Positions 58,353 to 64,000 of a stretch of 64,000 bases of DNA are shown here, piece by piece (positions within the stretch are counted from its first letter, which is position 1; every line of letters starts with the position of its first letter). Below the pieces are notes generated by a model. It did no database searches, was not told where the DNA came from, and saw nothing but the letters and a program-made list of their open reading frames with translations. Origin of the DNA: Candidatus Latescibacterota bacterium (GTDB lineage Bacteria; Latescibacterota; UBA2968); contig OZ244960.1 in assembly GCA_965222605.1 (NCBI GenBank), forward strand, positions 5,600,001 to 5,664,000, written 5' to 3'. The position numbers and the translations under genes were made by a program.

Positions 58353-59552
58353 TCATACAAATAGACTCTGCGAATAACGGTATGCGATGCAGCTGGTTCC
58401 CCACTCTTTATGAGCCACATCCATGAGCGTATATGCTGTGGTCACAATGGTACCATCCTCAAAACATACGGTGCTGGGATACCCGCAGTCCGAATGGTAG
58501 GCCGTATCGCTGATGATGTATTCGCGATTTATATCAAAGGTGTTTCCTCCATCGTGACTCACTACAGCGCGAACCCCGAAGGGATATGCGCGATATCCGT
58601 ATGTAATGAGCACTTTTCCATTTGGCAGAGCCACAATGCTGCCGGGTGAAGCCCCTTGAGTCTGCGCTTCGGGGATGGTCTTTTCCCAATGGGTCCAGGT
58701 TTTTCCTCCGTCAAAAGAGTAGGCAAATTGATTTGGTTGGTCGTTGAATCTGACATAAGCGAGCCAGTGCTTTTCATCCAGAGATAGAAATCCCGTTTCG
58801 CTTCCACCGGATTTCACAAGGGTTGATTTCTTCCAGGTCTTGCCGTTGTCAAATGACCAGTACAAATAGCTCATCCGCTCTGGCAATTCGGGATTCTCGT
58901 CATATGCCTCTTTCGTGTAGTATCCCCGTGCGCTGAACACAAGAGCCCCGTTTGAGACCTGTCGCATCTGCCCATGGGGGTGCAGCCGGAGATCTTTTTC
59001 GGGAAACGCCAGAGACACCGGCTCTGACCATGTTTTTCCTTCATCCTCTGAGCGAATCACTTCGATTGATTTAAAGGGATCCCGTGTTGAGATACGCCCT
59101 TTCACGTCAATTTCGCCCATGACGCCATAGGCAAGCACCAGGTGCCCGTTCTTTGCCTGTCCAAGCGCCGGGTTTCGCAAATCTAAATTTCGTTCGGGAT
59201 CTCCCCGCACAACCGTCTGATAATCCGTCCAGGTCCTGCCTTTATCCGATGAAAAGGAAAGACTGATTTCACCTCCACTACCGGCATGACACGAACCGGT
59301 TCTCGATGCGCAGCATAGCTTTCCGTCCGCCATCAACAAAAGTACGGGAAAAAATCCGCCCCCTCTGGCAAAAGGTTCTGGAAAGGTGCGCACACTCCCA
59401 TAGTCTTTTCTCAAGGGATCGTCTTTGCATTCGGGGAACCGCAGGAAATGTTCATCGGATGTCCTCCCTTCACGCAATGTTGGCCAACGCGTGCCCGTAG
59501 CAATCACGGGGACCTCTTCTATATGATCGACCAAAGAGACGACTTCAAACAT
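58353..59552 (-). CDS. BNR/Asp-box (sialidase-like) beta-propeller protein
   Basis: Five Asp-boxes SSDKGRTW, SEDEGKTW, SFDNGKTW, SFDGGKTW, SHDGGNTF; DCGYPS. Confidence 0.85.
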   Translation of the reverse strand: MFEVVSLVDHIEEVPVIATGTRWPTLREGRTSDEHFLRFPECKDDPLRKDYGSVRTFPEPFARGGGFFPVLLLMADGKLCCASRTGSCHAGSGGEISLSFSSDKGRTWTDYQTVVRGDPERNLDLRNPALGQAKNGHLVLAYGVMGEIDVKGRISTRDPFKSIEVIRSEDEGKTWSEPVSLAFPEKDLRLHPHGQMRQVSNGALVFSARGYYTKEAYDENPELPERMSYLYWSFDNGKTWKKSTLVKSGGSETGFLSLDEKHWLAYVRFNDQPNQFAYSFDGGKTWTHWEKTIPEAQTQGASPGSIVALPNGKVLITYGYRAYPFGVRAVVSHDGGNTFDINREYIISDTAYHSDCGYPSTVCFEDGTIVTTAYTLMDVAHKEWGTSCIAYRYSQSLFV

Positions 59553-60546
59553 CGTCTTTCTCCTGAGCCTGGTTCGGTTCCCTTTCCCATGGCGCACGCA
59601 ACGTCGGCCTCTCAGTCAGGAATTCCAGCCCCGCGCGCAGCGACCCATTCGCGTTGAACCACGCGTGGAAGCCCTGCCCATCAATGCCGTTGCCGTCATA
59701 GCGGTCGCGACGGGTAGAACTCGCCTTGCCTTCCCGCATGCCCCAGCCCATCCAGCCGTGGCCCGATTCTTCCATCATCTGGATGGTCCAGCGGGCACAA
59801 TCTGCGCGCTTTGCATCGTCAAGGCAGCCTGGAATGGTCTCGTTGGAGAGCATTGGCTTTTTATGACGCTGCTGAACGGCGGCACATACTGCCAACATCT
59901 CGCGCTGTTGCTCGGGCGTGCGCCCGTAGGGGTGACAGCACAGCACATCGCAGAGCGGCGCGAGTCGGTCCATTTGCTCCTCGATTTGCAGTACGCCAAT
60001 GGTGATTGGCTGCTGCGCTCCGCACGCGCGCACTGTCTCGGCCACCCGCGCCAGCCACTCGATTTCTTTGGCGTTGGAATCGGCATCCAGACGCGGGTAT
60101 TGAGGTTCATTGCAGAGGTCCCAGACGAGGACGCGCTCGTCATTGGCAAGAGGCGCGACCAGATCGCGAACATAGGCCAGCTTTGGGCTCCAATTCCTGT
60201 GCAGATCTTCAATATAGGTCCCGCCGTAGTCGTAGGTGTGGTTGTGCCACCGGTTGAACAGGCATGGCATGGTCCGCATGCCAAGTTCATCGATGGCCGC
60301 CACAGCATCCATGAACGACGCGTGGACAGCGTCCGGGTCTGCCATCCATGCTGTGAACTCGATCCACAGACGGATGCAATTGGCGTGCGTCTGGTTTGCA
60401 AGCGCGGCCTCTTCGCGGAATCGGTCCGGGCAATAGTCCCACCAGGCCTGCTCAATGCGGGCGCCCCAGGAGGGTATGATGTTGAATCCGCGGAGCCAGG
60501 CGTAGTCCTGGTAGTGATGGAGCCTCACATTTGCTGGTTCTGCCAT
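59545..60546 (-). CDS. glycoside hydrolase clan GH-A (GH5-like)
   Basis: RGFN, NCIRLW, WDLCNEP acid/base, HPY, NET nucleophile region. Confidence 0.8.
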   Translation of the reverse strand: MAEPANVRLHHYQDYAWLRGFNIIPSWGARIEQAWWDYCPDRFREEAALANQTHANCIRLWIEFTAWMADPDAVHASFMDAVAAIDELGMRTMPCLFNRWHNHTYDYGGTYIEDLHRNWSPKLAYVRDLVAPLANDERVLVWDLCNEPQYPRLDADSNAKEIEWLARVAETVRACGAQQPITIGVLQIEEQMDRLAPLCDVLCCHPYGRTPEQQREMLAVCAAVQQRHKKPMLSNETIPGCLDDAKRADCARWTIQMMEESGHGWMGWGMREGKASSTRRDRYDGNGIDGQGFHAWFNANGSLRAGLEFLTERPTLRAPWEREPNQAQEKDDV

Positions 60547-60599
60547 TGCTTCCATCCTTTTGGTGTCATGTCGAACTGGTGATTAGGCCACAAATCCAT

Positions 60600-60770
60600 G
60601 TCGTCGTCGGCGGATCCTGCTAACTGTAGCATCCAAAGCACCTCATTGCGATGATACCAACGCGTCTGACCCGCATGCACCTCTTCCTCGGTAACTTGGT
60701 CACCGTCATGGACCTCGTACCGACGTTCCTGCATCTGGATCTGTTCAACTTTAACCTCTATAGATTCCAT
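60600..60770 (-). pseudogene. C-terminal fragment of a probable methyltransferase
   Basis: EQIQMQERRYEV...EEEVH...RWYHRNEVLWMLQLAG without N-terminal domain. Confidence 0.4.
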
Positions 60771-60777
60771 AAAGCCT

Positions 60778-61273
60778 TTAATCATTTCTGTTTTCGCTTT
60801 TCGCCAAACTGGCACAAACCAGTTCTTTATCATTTCGGGCGAACACATGTTTATAGGCAAATGCAGGATGCGCCCACGTGACACCACCTCTGCGGTTCAA
60901 CTGGTCGCGCGTCGGTTCGATCAGTTTCGCGCGACTGATGATATTCAGCCCGTCCGGCGAAAGCGTTAATCAGGAGTTCGCCGCGCTCATTGAACATCCA
61001 GACCTTATCGCCATTTTTGATAAAATGGATGTTGCTCCAGCGCGCTTTCGGAACCGCGGTGAGGTCTTCCCAAATCCGCTCGCCACCCTGTGTAATCACA
61101 ATTGGAGCTGAGTAAGATGCGTTGTCTTCAAGGGCTTTCCATTTTTCGGCTCCGGTTTCGCTCCAAACACCGTCCCGGTGCGGTCCCCGCCACTGCGGCC
61201 ATTCATCGGCCAAAACCGAAGAGATGGGGAAAAGCACAGCGAGCAGCATTAGTTTCAATTGGATTCGGTTCAT
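60778..61273 (-). pseudogene. PQQ-binding-like beta-propeller gene collapsed by multiple deletions plus frameshift
   Basis: Signal peptide + DEWPQWRGP.RDG, then YSAP, FNERGEL, then shifted frame ...TWAHPAFA.KHVFARND..LVCASL*; ~165 codons versus ~400+ usual. Confidence 0.75.
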
Positions 61274-61301
61274 GGTTAATCATGTCCTTTTCATCGCCAT
61301 C

Positions 61302-62762
61302 TCACGATTTTTGCACGACAAATTCCGGCCGTGGAATCATGCGTTCCGGATTCCGTTCGTAACCTCGTTTCCACAACTCCTTCACAAGCCTTCCACTTTT
61401 AGCCAGCTCTTCGCGAAGCGCCTGCTGGTCCGCCTTTGCCCTCTGATCAATCGCTTCCGGGCAGCACACCTGGTATAGAATTCGCCGAAGCCGAGCCAGT
61501 TTCTGAGACGCATCGGGATGCTCCGCAAGATCTTGCATCTCCAAAGGATCCTCTGCAAGGTCAAACAACATCGGTCGTTCCCCAACGCACTCCACATATT
61601 TATCTGAACCCGATCGAAGAGCAAAAGCGCTTCCTGGAAGGCCCGGCCCATGGAATTCACTGATAGCGAATTCGGGAAGCGCCGCACCCGGCTCGCCCCT
61701 CAAGGATCCCAGCAAGGATGTCCCCCGCATGTGTGTTGGCGAAGGCAACTCCAGGGCTTCCGAGAATGTCTGGAAAAGATCGAAATGTGAAACAGGTGCA
61801 GGCTCGGACCCTCCTGACTCTATGCCGGGTACAGCCACGATCATGGGTACGCGAATTGAATCCTCATACATCGATCCCATTCCGGAATTGTGATGTGCCC
61901 CCATGCTGCCACCGTGATCCGAAGCATAGGCGACCAGCGTCGAATCCCAGAGATTCTCGGTGTCTATGGCTTTGAGCACGCGCCCCACGTTGCGATCTGC
62001 CATCTCACAGATGCCGTGGTAGCCTACCAGACCACGGCGCAACTCCTCGGGTGTGCAGAGATCGCTGCACGTGTAACGAACAAAATCCCGGTGGAAGGGG
62101 TGCAGTCGAGAAACGGGTTCCGAATAGCGCTCGTCCAGGTCTTCGGTTCGCACCAGCGGATCGTAGTAATCCCACAGCTCCTGCGGCGGATTCCATCCGG
62201 GATGGGGCTGTTTGATATTCACGATCAGGACCCAGGGGCGATCTTGTGGGCGTTCATTCATCAGCCACTGTACCGCTTCTTCCGCGACCTGCGCGTCGTG
62301 CTGGTGTTCCCCGCTCCCACTTGCAGGACCCGCTTCCCGCAATCGATGCAGGTGATGGTATCGGGGTTGTACACGGCCCTCTTCGAACAGCGTATGTATG
62401 TCCAGACTCTCCCGTGTCTTGGCCAGACGAATGTCTTCCACTCCAGCATCACTGCCTGGTTTGTAATCAAGCTTGCCAATAGTCGTAAGCATGACGCCAT
62501 TTTCTGCAAAGTAATGCCCCCAGCCTCTGGGCACTCCTGAATAGGGAAACGCATTGTCCCAGGTGGAGATCTCGTGAACATACCGTCCCGCCATCATCGC
62601 TCCCCGCGAAGGCGCGCACAGAGGACTCGGGCAATAGGCACTGTCGAATCTCTTGCCTCGCCTGGCGAGAGCATCGATGTGAGGAGTACGGGTAATGGAA
62701 CTACCGTAACAGCCGGAAAACTCAGGGTTGTGCCGATCGGTCATGATATAAACAACATTCAT
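61302..62762 (-). CDS. sulfatase (choline-sulfatase-like)
   Basis: TDRH, FGly motif CAPSR, GKLD, SDHG, RVPMI, LFDL..DP.E. Confidence 0.92.
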   Translation of the reverse strand: MNVVYIMTDRHNPEFSGCYGSSITRTPHIDALARRGKRFDSAYCPSPLCAPSRGAMMAGRYVHEISTWDNAFPYSGVPRGWGHYFAENGVMLTTIGKLDYKPGSDAGVEDIRLAKTRESLDIHTLFEEGRVQPRYHHLHRLREAGPASGSGEHQHDAQVAEEAVQWLMNERPQDRPWVLIVNIKQPHPGWNPPQELWDYYDPLVRTEDLDERYSEPVSRLHPFHRDFVRYTCSDLCTPEELRRGLVGYHGICEMADRNVGRVLKAIDTENLWDSTLVAYASDHGGSMGAHHNSGMGSMYEDSIRVPMIVAVPGIESGGSEPAPVSHFDLFQTFSEALELPSPTHMRGTSLLGSLRGEPGAALPEFAISEFHGPGLPGSAFALRSGSDKYVECVGERPMLFDLAEDPLEMQDLAEHPDASQKLARLRRILYQVCCPEAIDQRAKADQQALREELAKSGRLVKELWKRGYERNPERMIPRPEFVVQKS

Positions 62763-62777
62763 CGAAGTCACCTCATC

Positions 62778-63656
62778 TTAAGCCGTTGGAACATATCCCA
62801 GCTGATCGTTATATGCCACAGCTTCGGGGAAGGCCTCGTGAAGGTGGTCAAGAACCATATCAATCTTACACCTGCACAAAGAGCTGGGATAGGGCATCTC
62901 GCCGGTACGCCGGAAAAATGCCCCGTTCTTTTCGTGAAAATCACCCCGCCGGTCCATGAACTGACCCCAGTGTCCCATCGTGTATCGCATATCTGTCCTT
63001 CTATCAGCGCTCTGAATCCAGGCCTCGGTAAACAGCATTTGAAACCGTGGCGCCGAATTCAACCAGCTGCCGCATCGAACCACTTTTACTTCCGGCCGAC
63101 GTACTTGCGAATCTCTGAGCAGCCTGATTAGCGATGCCGCAAACTGCACGTGCATATCACTGAGGGGAGATTTTGGCTGGTAAACGTTGGCAATATGAAG
63201 GCTCAACGAGTCCTCGTGCTTGTAGTCATAATTCCAACATTCGTGTGAACGATCGCCAGGTCCGGGCTGTTCATTACCCAACTTGCGAATGCGCGCTTCC
63301 ATAAGTGGCCAGAGGATCGCAAGTCCCCTGGTCTCCACGGATTCACTATCATTACCATACTTGTCGAAGATTTCTCCCAACTTTCCTACAATGACGTTCC
63401 ATTCGGGATCTTCGTCTCCCGCTGCCGGATGGTGGTTGCCGTCGTAGAGTGAGGTATTCCGGTACAGATTGACTCGCACGTTAACGGTATCTTCCAGGTC
63501 TCCAAGGTTTTCCTGCAGCCGTTTGTTCGCGTACCAAAGGCTCAACCGGGTGAATTCCTGAACATAATGCACACGAATCGGATCCAGATCGGACATTGAT
63601 TTTACCCCCGTTGTTCGTATTGAGTTAATCTTTTCCTCTGCCGGATTTTGTGCCAA
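62778..63656 (-). CDS. hypothetical protein
   Basis: Long ORF in operon orientation; LHIAN, CGSWLN, WGQF motifs. Confidence 0.65.
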   Translation of the reverse strand: MAQNPAEEKINSIRTTGVKSMSDLDPIRVHYVQEFTRLSLWYANKRLQENLGDLEDTVNVRVNLYRNTSLYDGNHHPAAGDEDPEWNVIVGKLGEIFDKYGNDSESVETRGLAILWPLMEARIRKLGNEQPGPGDRSHECWNYDYKHEDSLSLHIANVYQPKSPLSDMHVQFAASLIRLLRDSQVRRPEVKVVRCGSWLNSAPRFQMLFTEAWIQSADRRTDMRYTMGHWGQFMDRRGDFHEKNGAFFRRTGEMPYPSSLCRCKIDMVLDHLHEAFPEAVAYNDQLGYVPTA

Positions 63657-64000
63657 AATCCTGCCAGCCCCAATCCAGATGGATTCGGGGTATGGAAAAC
63701 TCGTAATACCAGCGAATACTCACGGGTTCGTGTTGAGGTTCCAGGTATGCATAAAAAAGAGCAGATCGGCCCGTCACTTCATCCAGCATCCCTGCAGGCG
63801 TGAGTTCCGACAACAGGCCCGGATCCTCTTCCACTTCCAGGTAACGCAGCAAATCGTTTGTATGGTTTTCGGCGCCGCTGGAACTCACCTGAACGGGTGT
63901 CTCATGTTCATTCCACCATGGCAAGTCCGCTGCTGGTTGAGATTCTCCGTCTGCCGCCTTTGCCCAGATCGGTGTACTCCAGGCAAACTCTCCATCGTTC
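63625..64000 (-). CDS. C-terminal part of a gene running off the window (DUF3604-like)
   Basis: Frame open to window edge; DGEFAWSTPIW motif. Confidence 0.55.
   Translation of the reverse strand, partial: NDGEFAWSTPIWAKAADGESQPAADLPWWNEHETPVQVSSSGAENHTNDLLRYLEVEEDPGLLSELTPAGMLDEVTGRSALFYAYLEPQHEPVSIRWYYEFSIPRIHLDWGWQDFGTKSGRGKD

Noticed and set aside
59665-60582. 305-aa plus-strand ORF
   Set aside because: Antisense shadow of the GC-rich glycoside hydrolase; no motifs

Overview
Bacterial chromosomal window of moderate GC. Gene order (rplM-rpsI-rpsB-tsf-frr), a eukaryote-like YWTD propeller and sulfatase/sialidase genes suggest an FCB-group marine invertebrate symbiont such as Latescibacterota or Gemmatimonadota; this is inference only. 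Most of 1.4-37 kb is housekeeping (translation, aroC, mutY, rph/rdgB, smpB, mnmG, bioB, efp-accBC-gcvH, trpS-scpAB-rluB-cmk-plsC-rpsA-mtaB, mutS). Main observations: (1) Between the convergent genes mutS and a phytanoyl-CoA dioxygenase lies an integrase-free defence hotspot (37.3-46.0 kb). Each flanking gene has a second, mostly synonymously diverged copy of its 3' end bracketing cargo (Avs-like nuclease-STAND-TPR, TIR protein, Xre/RES TA, AAA-PD-(D/E)XK), suggesting cassettes that insert by replacing a host gene's 3' end. (2) A translationally coupled corrinoid methyl-transfer operon (unknown Cys/His protein, MtaA/CmuA-type MT, corrinoid protein, RACo activator, stand-alone homocysteine methyltransferase) has no folate module. 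(3) A stand-alone structured transcript at 1.05-1.30 kb has an extended Shine-Dalgarno and an 11-codon ORF. (4) A pseudoknot-shaped 5' leader at 47.3 kb. Also seen: many internally collapsed pseudogenes, two unannotated small membrane proteins, and a possible ATC-start helicase-loader gene. No tRNA, rRNA, CRISPR array, transposase or integrase was recognised.
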